Assembly (NCBI RefSeq): GCF_037042905.1
Contig: NC_087245.1
Location: 42,348,001-42,412,000 of the forward strand
Length of the DNA: 64,000 nt
Reading direction: 5' to 3'
Origin: Lytechinus pictus
Lineage: Eukaryota
In this document: positions 36,457-48,508 of the stretch, one piece after another
How the letters are laid out: each line of letters opens with the position of its first letter
How positions within the stretch are numbered: position 1 is the stretch's first letter
Notes under the pieces: model-generated
Told to the model about the DNA's origin: nothing
The model's database searches: none
Seen by the model: only the letters and a program-made list of their open reading frames with translations
Position numbers and translations under genes: made by a program

Positions 36457-39400
36457 CTAGAGAGAGAGAGAAAGAGAGAGAGAAGGGGAAGGGGAAAAGA
36501 ATTAAAAAGGAATGAGAAAATGATTATAGTTAATAAAAAAAAGAACCAGTGAAAAACGTCACCGAGGAAAAATGTGAGGAGGAAGAGTAATGGAGAAAGA
36601 AGGGACTAAACCACGAAGAATGTAGTGATAGAGTCATATAACGATATATAGACAGATGGACAGGTTGATGGAGGGAAGGAGGGGCGACGTTAGCCTGAGC
36701 GGCTGAACAAGATTAAAGGGATCGTTTAACTTTGTGAGCAGCTGATTTAAACAATTCTCAAACTGAGTTGAAACGTGCGTATGAGTGTCTGTATTTGTCC
36801 TCAAAAACCCTGAAACAGACCAAAATATAGAATGAAAAACTCTAATTTAGATACAAGTAGCAATTTATTAGCCTGATATTGAGAACCGTCTAGTAGACGG
36901 GTTCAGCTTATGACCAGTTTTCTCCAATTCAAAAAGTCCGTTGGCTATTTTGACTGCCTTCTGTTGTGTGTATCTCCTATACACACACTATTAGCTGCAC
37001 TGTACATTCAGTGTATACCTTGTACACACTGTATGTAGGTCATGCTGTGTTCATCTAGGTTTAATGTGTTGTGGTGCACAGATTCACTGTATACACATAG
37101 TCATTGAAACCAACTCCCAATTATTTCAAACTTTGGTTTACATCTCCAAGGTTTTAAAATTGATCCTGTTAATATAATACTTTGAAACTTTTGGAATGGT
37201 ATTTTTACACTATAAACCTAATATTTAGCCCATTTTCAGGAACCAAAAGGAGAATTTTTTTAATCAGAACAAAGTGAAATGATCACTTTAATTGTCATGT
37301 TACACACAATCTTTTGGGTGTTTTTGCTGTATGAAAAAATACAATTCTTTTCTTGACAGGTTTAATTACAGAAGTATTGAAAATGCATACCTTGGCAACA
37401 ATGGTCAGGTTCTCTTTAAAGATAAACGTCTGATTTGCTCTTAATGACCTGCCTTCTCTTCGATGCCTAATTAGAGAAACAGCTGTGAAGCAGAGCAGTA
37501 GGACATTAAGTAAAATAGAACTGTAGATAGGTATACCGACTGCGTACATCATGGCTCTACGCTCCCCTTCAATCCAACAGATAAGTGGTCCACCATACTG
37601 AAACCTCAGCCCCGTGCACTGGCACAAATGGAAGCAGATTCCGATGGCAACAATCACGAAAGGTACACCCCAGCCGTAGAGGATGTAGGAAACTAATGTC
37701 CCTTTGGAGCAACTTCTGGTAGATTGGATGGATGTTCCCGAGGCATTCCATCCGAATGTACGAGCCATGTTGAAGCCGGCGACATTCATCCAGCTGAAGC
37801 AACCAAGCCAAAAGAAATGCGCAAGAGCAGCCATGATTGAGCAGAGGATCGTGTTGTAACTCAACAAAGGGTTCAACACGAAGATCAGATTTGCTCCAAG
37901 TAGTGCCAAAGCGACATTCATCAGGCATTTACCAGCCACATTCCTGAGCTTCGGCAGGACAGTATAGGTGACCAGTGTCGCAAGGAGACATAAAATAGAC
38001 ATACTTGCCCCGATTAGATACATGATGCTTTGTACATCAGTAGATCCGTTAAGATTCCCCGAACATACGACGTAACTTCCATTTAGCAAAAGGAAATACT
38101 CGTCAAATGTCAGTTCTGTACCTGTTGGAATATGGACAGCTAGGTTTCCATCAATTGCAAATTTATCTTCGGGTACAACTTGTAACTCACATATAAGGGT
38201 ATTTAAGAGTGCAAACCAACACTTTCCTGAAGGCTGACTGCTAACGTAAACCGAAGAGTTACCAAAGAAATGATATTCGTTGAACATCAAGAATGTTCTA
38301 TTTAGATGCCATAAGTCACCATTGTCTGCTCTAAAGGCAGTATTTGTTATTGCAGGTGCAACAGTGTGCTGACTGCAAACATCTGGTACAGTATCATTAA
38401 AAGGAGGTGGGGCGATTAGCATGACGTCACTGAGATTGCATATCATCTGATGAACTTCATTTGAATAGTCTACGATTGCTCCTAGGGTCAAAGCGACAGA
38501 TTGGGCGTCATTAATATTTTCAGCAAAGAGGAAAGCCGAGTTCTCATTTGAAGTTACATTGCGATCAAGAATTATTTCGGCTATTTCAGTTAAACTTGAT
38601 GCAATGGCAGAAATCAGACAACTCATTGTTGATTGTAAGGTAGGATCATCTGACCCAGACTCCATCGATACGCAGGAATCTGCTACGAATATCGTGCCAG
38701 GTGGACAGACAAGCACTCGGCACCTCTCGAGGAACATGTCATATATCTCTCCAATTCCCGTGCACTGGACTTCATCCGAAGTGAAAAAGTCAAATAGGAG
38801 GGTGACTGATGCTAGTCTTCCTGTTCGACCGTCCGGACATTTCAAGAAACAATACGGATTCTGGCACTGGCATCCAGTGCAGGACTCAATGGGAATCTCG
38901 TTTATACGTTTGCTATGGCACTTGGCACAATGTGGATTGCGATACACAGCACCACCAGAATGTACAACTGGTGCTTGGTAGTTCTGACATGCACTCTCAA
39001 GCTGTGATCCGGTGAAAGAAGGACAATAATCTGTCACCATCCCTTCAGCGTAGCACGGTCTTGTTTTGCCTCGTTCTTCCCACGGCGGTAGTACAACATA
39101 ATAAATTTGCTTTTCATTAGTGAAGAAATTCTCTTCAGGTTCAGCCTCAACCCTCCAGGCAGTCAGGTCGTTTAAATTCCTTCCATTACATGCTGCACAG
39201 AAGACGTTGTAGAAAACGTCTCCTTCATGGTCGTAAACTGGCAAGTTACGAAGAACATCATCCACCGAACTTGGACCTTCGCAACGATCTCTAAGCATTT
39301 CTTCTGTCATGGATGGGCATTTCCTTATGAAATAAAACCATTCAGCTTGTTGATAGATATTGCTCATTCCTCCGAGCGGCTTCTCACAAGAATACAATGA

Positions 39401-42400
39401 CAGATCTAGGATGTTGCCTTGGGTATGATGTAGCATTTGTTCGCCTTGCAGACCACACTCCTCAGTAAAGTCATAACAGCAATCATTGTAAAGATGGCAT
39501 GCACTGTCGCAGCGACATCCAGTCATTGTTGCATTACCACAGTTCCCTCTGCACGTCATTGTAGAATCGCATAGGGTGACACCTCTCTTCTCAACTGTGA
39601 TTTCTGAAAAAAGAGGATAAAACAAGCACCAATTATCGTAATGAGCTTCATCATCATTTTTTCGCTTCTTAGTATGATAATGGTGGTTTTTAAATTCTGA
39701 AATGATTATTTTGAATATTGTTTTGTATTCAGTAGTGGCAAGCTGATAGTATTAAATTCAATTTTAATGATAATGCAAATGGAAATATCTACCCTGGAAA
39801 TGTGTGTTTGATTCCTTTTAAAATCATACACTACTTTCTTACAATCTGTGTTACTCTGATCCGTCATTACTATATTTATTAAGATGCCACAGCCACTATT
39901 ACCATCCCAACAAGAGGCACTTGAAGTAAAAGATTCGATCCCCAGCATGGGGCGCACCGTCATATTCTTTAACAAAGAATTGCATCTATATTGCTCCTTA
40001 ATAATGTATTCAATAAATGAAAATACCTTTCAGGCATTATTGGTACCATCCGTGTGGATGTATTTTTTTCACATTGCCAGGTTTATTTACTTTTCAATAA
40101 GACAATGGTCAATAAAAAACACATCTCCAATTCACCTATCCCACATGTTACAGATGCTGCCTTTCCCGATACGCAACTTTCTTCTGCCATCAGGCAATCG
40201 AATATATGGTCCATCTGCGTCGTGGTGGAGCAATAAAAACTTCTACTCGAGAGTGATGCAGTTGGCATGGCAACCTGAACATCCTCGACCACTCCTCCAT
40301 ACCCAAGTTGCTTGCAGAGTGTGTTAGCCGTAGCTGGATACCACGCATCGAAGCAAATGTTCATCCAATCACCCATACAACGGTACTCAACAGTACCCTT
40401 CCCAATGGATGAACTGTTCGATAAGCGCACTTCAATATCGTCCTCTGCAAGTTCGATGATAAAATACAAAAGATTATGATTAAACGATTTCACCCAGTTA
40501 AAATGGCACATATTGCAAGCATGATGAAATCTGTTGACCAATCCTAAGGGCTGGAAAAAGGATAGATCTTAAAATTGAATAGCTGGTTGCCACTTTTCTT
40601 CAACGGTTAAGGGGAGGAGGGTCTTTGATCGACATATTTCACGTTATACTGAAAGAGTGAAAAACATGAGCCTCTAATATCAATACATCTAATTACCCTT
40701 TTTTGGGGAGGATTTTATGGGACTCTATCACCCCTCAAAAAGGGGAATTAAAATATTGTTTAAGGTAAAAGATATGACTTCATACTTCGAAGGAGTAATT
40801 AAAGCAACGATGGAGGTCAGGGTTTGATATAGATTTCCAGATAAGAAGGATGTTGGCATTGACACAAGAAACCAATTATCTCTGGTTCCTCTCAAAATGA
40901 AAAACATGATCAAACAACGTCTACAATAATCTGTTGTTTTCTGCTTATTCGTGACAATCATAAGAAAATATTCTTCCATCTTTCATCATTAAAGGATGCA
41001 TCTAGGATGATAAAGCGTGACGATCCTATTTTTCTTGAGTGTACTTTTTATCTAAGATTTATGATGATGAATATTGGTCTAAGGTTATGCAAATTGTGTT
41101 ATGAAATCACTGCGGCTGCGGCAATGAAATCAAACCTAACCATACAAATAATCTTACAAGATCAACTCACCAGATGCACACGTCACTGTGAGGACGTACA
41201 TCGTCTTTGGGACCCTTTGCAGGAGAGATTGTTGCCGCAAACTCATGGTGCAATCTTGAAGAGAGACCTCATCACCGGTACAACTTGTATCAAACCAGAA
41301 AATATCTTCTGTCGTGATGTTCATCATTATCTCGCTACCCTTACCACAGACATAAGGGAAGCCGAGCTGACGACAAACCAGTCGTGCCCCGGTGAGGCCG
41401 ATACTGTCGGGCTCAAGATACTGCCAAGGGGAAGATCCGTCGGATGAGGATTTCCGAATCTGAAGTATTCCATGCTTCGTCTTATTTGACTTAGATCCAT
41501 GGAAACGTACTTCATCTGTATATCATGAAATCAATTAAAATTATTTGATTTTACAAGATAACAATTCCTTCCCCAATGCAGTCTAAATCTAAACAAATGC
41601 TATTAGCCATGGTAGCAGAGACTGTCTGGTTTATCGCTGTTAATCATGCAAGTAATATATTTTAGTAAGTTCCGGGGGGGGGGGGCACTTCCATTGACGA
41701 GTGGATACCATGCGCGACCAGGGGGTCTCGAAAAGCACCCTAAACACGTATTTTCCATATTCTGAAAATGCACCCCTTAACAAGTATTGGCGTGTGAAAC
41801 CCTATCCTTAACAAGTACTTTGGAAACAAAACAATACTATTGGCAAGTATTCCCTGAATTGAACCCCAAAACAAGTACAGCGATATTTCAATTGCCATGA
41901 TTGTTATGTCACGGACGTTCGTCGGTCATCGGTTTTTACCTTTACCTACATCATTGGGGTTAGTACCCACCTCCCACATGTCCCACACCTCGCGCAAATG
42001 GCTCGGTGTAAAAATGGCAAAGGTAAAAATGGCAGAGGTAAAAATGGCAGAGGTAAAAATGGCAGAGGTAAAAATGGCAAAGGTAAAAATGGCAGAGGTT
42101 AAAATGGCAGAGGTAAAAATGGCAAAGGTAAAAATGGCAGAGGTTAAAATGGCAGAGGTAAAAATGGAAAAGGTAAAAATGGCAGAGGTAAAAAATGGTT
42201 AAGGTAAAATGGCAGAGGTTTAAATGACAGCGGTAAAAATGACAGAGGTATAAATGGCCAGTCTTAAATCCCCATGCCAAAAAAATCCAAAAGCCCCTCC
42301 ATGTACAGTAGATTAGAAAAGAAAGGTTCTGAGAAGAAAATTATAATGTTCAATTCAATTCAGTTCAATTTATTGACCATTAAAGACATCAAAATATTTA

Positions 42401-45400
42401 CAAAAATAACTTGATACAAACAAACTACAAACAAAGTATAACAGGTTAAAAATTACTTAATGGTCAGGACCCCTAAGAAGCAAAGCTGCTTATAGCCGGG
42501 GCCCTACAAATACACAAATATCATCACGGGTAAAAAAGGTTATAAATAAACACACACACACACACTCACCCATACATCATCACACAAAAAATATAGAAGA
42601 TAGAATAGAATAGAAGTTCTAATAGAAGAATGTTGAACTAATGGAAAGGGTAACATTTTAAAATCATACTGTAGATCTTCTGCACCAAATTGATAACACT
42701 TGAATTGATATTTCTTTTTTTTTCTCGACTTAGATGCACGGCCTTCTCATGTCAAATCGCTCCTCTGATATTTAAATTTAAAGCACACTTTGGATCCCAA
42801 GTAGTGTACTTAATTCATTAAAGTGGAAATTCACCCTGCCATAAAGTTTATTGTAAAAATAGCAGAAAAAAATTAAAATAATATTGGTGAGGGTTCCAGG
42901 GAATCCATCAAAGATTTAAAAAGCTATTAGAATTTTATATTTTAATGGTGACGTCATTTGCGAGCAGTTTTCCATATATGGTGTAAACAAAAATATCAAT
43001 GAAATGTCATTAAAAAAATGAAAGTGGTTTTTATTGTACCTTAAGTATATCAACATAAACATCATTTTACATCCGCTCCTGAAAGATAATTTTTAGCAAT
43101 CATGACCCACTGATTAAAAAATTGAAAAGTATACATTTTGGTGCATAAAATACGGGGCAGCTGCTCGTATGACGTCACAGATAAAAAAAAAACTTAGATA
43201 TTTAATGACTTTCTTAATCTTTGATGGGTTCTCCTCAAACCTTCACCAATATATTTTCTGCTGTTCACAGTAAACCATTTGTCAGGGTGACCTTCTCCTT
43301 CAAAACAGGTCGATATAATGGTATCTAAGTAACACCTATCTTTATTTTTACCTCTGCCATTTTTACCTCTGCCAATTTTACCTCTGCCATTTTTACCTGG
43401 CACCGCGCAAATCATGCTCTAGACACGTAGTGTTGACTCTTGGGGCAAAAAGTACATCCTTTATAAAACATTTTAGTCTTACTTTTTATACCCTCGCAAA
43501 TTTGATCCTAACCACGTAGCTTTCCTAGCGAAAATAGGTACCCTTTTTCATTATTTTAGTGTTTTTGACACCCTTATTACATTACGTACGTAACGTGCCC
43601 TATCTTGAAAAAGACATCCTTTTTACGTGGTTTTTTTTGTCGCGCATGGTATCCACTCGTCAATGTAAGTGCCCCCCCCCCTGGGAGTAAGCTTAATAAA
43701 TTTTCTATCTACTACAACATGATACCTAATTACTTGTATTATTCAAAATTCTGCATTGTTAGTAATACAAGTAAACGTGTTACAATGACTCATAAGAATG
43801 ATATCAACAAATCGCGGCTCCATGCGGCAAGTCTATAGATGAAGATACACGTAGATTGAAAACAAATGACCAAAACAAGAGGCGATATGTACAATTGTTG
43901 ATGACCAAGGAAACGTAGAAGGGCGATTCCACACTAGAACTTCAAAAATATCATAAATTTCAACATGATTTCAATAAGTCATAAGTAGTGTAATATTTTA
44001 CTTTGATACCTAAGTTTTATGAAAATTATGATGATGCAATCTTACAGTATCAGTTTCTCTATCTTTGACACATGGGTGATTGATTTATCCTATAAGGATC
44101 TAATTACTGCCCTTCATTTTTCAATAATTGTCCTATTAAAAGTTGTCCCGTACGACACACATACTGCATTTTATTACGCGATTTGGATTCAGAAACTATA
44201 AACAGTAGGCCTATTTTAATCTAAGTAATTGATTTGATATTAAGTGAACTGAATAGGTATTTTTATTACCTCCATAGAACATGAAATAGGTGATTCTAAC
44301 CATATTACTTGACTTCATGTAGGCCTATTCTTTTGACAATCCCTTCAGCTAAACTGATGATTTTCCCTGGTCAGAGCTGGTTAATTTCTTTGTCATTGAG
44401 CATAAAAAGAAAAAAAATTATAATTAATTCACCCTAGCATGAATCTTCTTGCATGCTATTGTGAAATTATTATAAGATGTAAAAAAATATATATATATAT
44501 CAATCATCTTTTTGGACCTCCCTTGATAATCGCTTTTTTATATTCAGTATTGAAACTCCTTTACTTTTCTCAAGTTGTTTAAAAAATTGGAAAATAAGAC
44601 AATCACTATAGTTTCATAGAATGCAGAAAAGTTTAAAAAAGTAAAATCGCATTTCTTTAGAAAAAAATATTTTGTGGAATTACGATTAAGTGGACAGTTG
44701 TGACATATATCATGTACATACATTTTATATGAAAAATCATAACATGTTAGCCCCATAATTTACAAAATGACAGCTTCATTAATTCATTCATTGTTTAAAT
44801 AGTATATTGGAAATCATCACTTAACATTAAAATTTAACTTCACACAAACCTCAAGTTTTTTAGCTATTAAAACTGCCATTGTACATTTCCTATCATGAAA
44901 AAAGAATGATATTGCTCCCAATTGTCTATATAACGAATAGAATGAGGTAACGTAATTATATTGTCCTGAATGACTACTTAAGGCTTTTCATTAAAAAATG
45001 AAGAATTTAGGGGCAGCGCTCCCTTGAAAAGTTTATTGTTTATACAGGCTGTCCAGTACATTACGCAAGTGCCTGTACGACACACAAGTGTCATGTACAA
45101 CACATCATTGTCCCGTACGACACACAAGTGTCCCGTACGACACGGTATTCCGTTCATGACATATTGACAGAAATATTCAGCCAATAACGGTTTCCAACAT
45201 AATAAATGTCTTTAGTTTGATAGGAACCATTATTATCAGCCAAATAAAGTGATTGAAGAAGTCAAAGAGACATAAAGTAAGAAAGTTTGGCTTCAATTTA
45301 GAGATGCCCGTAAGACACATTTCGAGTGTCCCGTCCGCCACAATGTTCTTGAAAATATTAATTTGCTTTATTTATTCATGAATGTTTATTTTGCTTTCTT

Positions 45401-48400
45401 TCATATATGTGTTTGTTCTTGGGTAATTGAATATCAATTTGAGTTCAGTTTTTATGAAAATTATCTGTCCAACTCACGAACTTTAGAGTACAAACTTGAA
45501 GTTTTCAAAAAAGCCACTTTTTCTGCGTCCCGTACGACACATTACTATTTTAAATCTGTATTATACAGGATGTGAATTCAAGTCATGTTAAGTCTTGGTT
45601 TTTCTAACACTCTGGTAGTACTTCATGATCACCTTTAGTTACTGGAATATTTTTTTGTTTTTCTTGTCGAAAAAAACCTGTCAAATGTTCTCTAAATGTC
45701 CCGTACGACACGTATGGAAATCACCCAGAGATAGTGTGATTGATGAGAAAGATAGTAAGGACGAACAAGGGTTGATCTAGGCAGAGGATGTGTTTAAAGG
45801 GGTAGCAGGTTGCGACCTCGCTTTTGATTTTTTAAATATCAAATCGTAGGCGACCTCCCATATGATTTTCAAATAGCGAATCGTAATATTCAATTATAAT
45901 TGAAATCATACGATTCGCTATTTGAAAAATCATGGGAGATCGCAACCTACCACACCTTCTAAAAGTTATAAGCTCCACACTAATCGAATGATTAACTTCA
46001 ACCCCCGGATTTAACACTACATGTACACTCTACCCTAAACCTAACCTTAAACCTGACATTAAAACCTACCCCTACATCTTAAAATAGATATAGCCAGGAG
46101 CATCTGTCGTAGGAGCAAAGGTCTTGTAGCCGTAATTAATATCAATATCACTATTGTTATTATCATCACGAGTGCTATTATGATTAATATCCATGGCCCT
46201 GGGAAGCGGGGGTGATGAAGCACCCCCACAAATTTTCCTCGGGGTTGCTGCTTGTGTTATTTTCCATAGGCAGCACCCCCTGGAAATCTGGCAGGTATGA
46301 TGAATGACAGAAATGAAATGAAAATGAAAGATGTTTTGGAGGACCCTCCCCCATTCAGAATTTTTCTATACCATGTACACAAGTGCTTGAAATAGTGCTT
46401 CAAATCACCCCTTTTCCAGATCGGAATATGATATATTTTCAGCTCGCGCGTCGGGCTCGCATTATTAGTTTTCATAATAAAACAATGTATGTAGAATGCC
46501 CTATTCTAGTTTTAATCTAAACACGCCCACGCATGTTTATTCAGATACGCATTTTCTTTATGCGTGTTTAAATTATAGTTTCAGATAAGAAAATAAAAAA
46601 ATTTGTGCCGCGCTTCGCGCTCACATTATTGATGTAAGAAGATACCCAATTACCCATCCCTTTCCTGATTTACAAAACATGAATAGAGTGTCCCGTTTGT
46701 AGGTCTGACGTCTCAATTTTGTTTCTGCTCGCGCTTCGCGCTCGCATCAATTGTATTGTTATATATCTATCCTGTTCGTGATATGCTTAGAATGTCCCGT
46801 TTTTAGGCCTGGAATCTCAATTTTGTTTCTGCTCGCACCCATTGTATAGTTATATACCTATCCTGTTCATGATTAGAAAAGTGCTTAGAATGACCCGTTT
46901 TTAGATCTGAATTTGGCTTCCTCTCGCGCTTTGCGCTCGCATCCATTGTATAGTTCGCGCTCACATTATTAATGAAAGAAGATACCCAATTACCTATCCT
47001 TTCATGATAATTAGAAATGTGCTTATATAGAGTGTAACGTTTTTAGGTATGAAATCTCAATTTTGTTTCCGCTCGCGCTTCGCGCTCGCATCCATTGTAT
47101 AGTTATATATCTATCCTGTTCGTGATTAGAAAAGTGCTTAGAATGTCCCGTTTTTAGGCCTGGAATCTCAATTTTGTTTCTGCTCGCATCCATTGTATAG
47201 TTATATACCTATCCTGTTCATGATTAGAAAAGTGCTTAGAATATCCCGTTTTTAGGTCTGAATTTGGCTTCCTCTCGCGCTTCGCGCTCGCATCCATTGT
47301 ATAGTTATATTCGAATCCTGCTCATGATAATAAAAGTGCTTAAAATGTCCAATTTTTAGGTCTGAAATCTAACATTTTTTCCGCTCACGCTTCGCGCTCG
47401 CATCCATTGTAGAGTTATATACCTATCCTGTTCGTGATTAGAAAAGTGCTTAGAATGTCCCGTTTTTAGGCCTGGAATCTAAATTTTGTTTCTTGTCGCA
47501 TCCATTGTATAGTTATATACCTATCCTGTTCATGATTACAGAAAGTACTTAGAATGTCCAGATTTTAGGTCGAAATTTTAAAATTTTCAGCTTGCGCTTC
47601 GTACTCGCATTATTTGAATGTTGAAATATGTATAGTCTTCATGGGGGACTGCAAACAGTCCTTATAACAGGTCCCTTTGGAACAGGCTAGAACGTTTATC
47701 AAAAATATCTGCTTACCCTCGAAGTGATTTGTTACATACGCATCTTGTTCATGATCACAAACAAAATATTCAATATTCCTGACAAAAATACATGAAATTT
47801 CCAAATTTTTTAGCTCGCGCTTCGCGCTTCCACTATTTGATATATATTTTCTTTCATAACTAAGGCTAAGAAATGACTGCCATATATATATATACATATA
47901 TATAGCTATGCTCCTTTTAAAATCTACGATTTTGTTTCTACGGCATTTTCTAAACCATTTGTGATAATTTTATTCTCTATGCCGAAGCAGACTATTTCTA
48001 TATATATATATATGTATATGTATATTATGTATGGGTGTGTGTGGGTGTTTGTGTATGCGTGTGGGGGATGTGTGTGCTTGCATGTGTGTGTATATAAAAG
48101 CACAATGGAAAACTCAATTGTGTCCCTCCTACCTTTGAGGAGAGATTTCAGCCCATATCAACATCCCCACTGAAAAATCGTTCCCAGGGCCCTGTTAATA
48201 TCAATGTCATTTGTTATTTTTTACTATATTACTGTTATTACTATTGGTACTACTACTAATGATGATAATGATAAAAATAATCATAATGATATCAAAGACA
48301 ATGATACCAATAATAACCATCGTCAAAATAATAACACACAAATGTTGACACAATAAAAGTAATCATGTGAACGAAGAATAAATTACGATTGGATTTTCTA

Positions 48401-48508
48401 AAATAAATTTGATGGTGATAAACAAAACTTACACGATGGTGATATGGAAGAACACTGCCGAAGAAGCAGGAAAACTATAAAACCAATCAAGAGCAACAAA
48501 TGTTCCAT
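36187..48508 (-). CDS. Class B (adhesion/Methuselah-like) 7TM GPCR with 2 SRCR domains and a somatomedin-B domain, about 1070 aa, complete model
   Basis: Exons 48508-48433, 41515-41171, 40444-40136, 39603-37391 and 36456-36187 join in frame (3213 nt including stop). The 7TM region has class-B motifs LRNVAGK, CSIMAALAHFFWLGCFSWM, YGWGVP, LGTSWTFG and LQGVLLF. Confidence 0.88.
36717..37287. mobile_element. TTAA-flanked element in the last GPCR intron
   Basis: TTAA|AGGGATCGTTTAACTTTG...CAAAGTGAAATGATCACT|TTAA (imperfect TIR). Confidence 0.65.
37391..39603 (-). CDS. GPCR exon 4: somatomedin-B domain, Cys-rich ectodomain, TM1-TM5
   Basis: 2213-nt exon within ORF 37295-39625; SMB pattern CRGNCG...CRCDSACHLYNDCCYDFTEEC; five hydrophobic helices. 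Confidence 0.92.
40136..40444 (-). CDS. GPCR exon 3, SRCR domain (EVRLSN...GTVEY...ICFDAW...LCKQLGY...ASVTC)
   Basis: CAG/GTGAA boundaries, 309 nt, phase 1-1; SRCR consensus features. Confidence 0.88.
41171..41515 (-). CDS. GPCR exon 2, divergent SRCR domain (YEVRFHG...GARLVCRQLGF...CTGDEVSLQDC...VTCAS)
   Basis: CAG/GTGAGT boundaries, 345 nt, phase 1-1; SRCR motifs VCRQLG and CxGxExxLxDC; this frame is missing from the ORF track. Confidence 0.85.
42000..43404. mobile_element. GG...CC element with 15-bp subterminal tandem arrays and an 8-9 bp TSD
   Basis: (C)GCGCAAAT on both flanks; about 17 x AGGTAAAAATGGCAG on the left and 3-4 inverted copies on the right. Confidence 0.85.
42822..43299. 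mobile_element. Kolobok-like family C copy (nested)
   Basis: TTAA|AGTGGAAATTCACCCTG...CAGGGTGACCTTCTCCT; similar to 20929. Confidence 0.7.
44074..45726. mobile_element. Non-autonomous DNA element with GGGTGATT ends and a repeated GTCCCGTACGACAC motif
   Basis: GGGTGATT...AATCACCC ends; about 8 same-orientation copies of the motif; TSD not evident. Confidence 0.55.
46192..48194. mobile_element. 2-kb hAT-like non-autonomous element with an internal ~80-90 bp tandem array
   Basis: TIR CATGGCCCTGGGAA / TTCCCAGGGCCCTG; perfect 8-bp TSD TTAATATC; array at about 46440-47830. Confidence 0.9.
48433..48508 (-). CDS. GPCR exon 1, signal peptide MEHLLLLIGFIVFLLLRQCSSISPS
   Basis: ATG plus hydrophobic core, GTAAGT donor, phase 1 matching the SRCR exon. 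Confidence 0.7.

Larger units (their letters stand above)
41671..43685. mobile_element. Poly-G/poly-C-ended non-autonomous element, host of nested insertions
   Basis: GGGGCACTTCCATTGACGAGTGGATACCATGCGCGAC / GTCGCGCATGGTATCCACTCGTCAATGTAAGTGCCCC inverted ends. Confidence 0.85.

Noticed and set aside
37569..38981. Alternative-frame and antisense ORFs within the large GPCR exon
   Set aside because: Expected by-products of a long coding exon; no independent signals.
41897..42280. ORFs with (KMAEV)n or (LCHFY)n pentapeptide repeats
   Set aside because: Translation of a 15-bp subterminal array of a TSD-flanked transposon; inverted copies occur at the other end.
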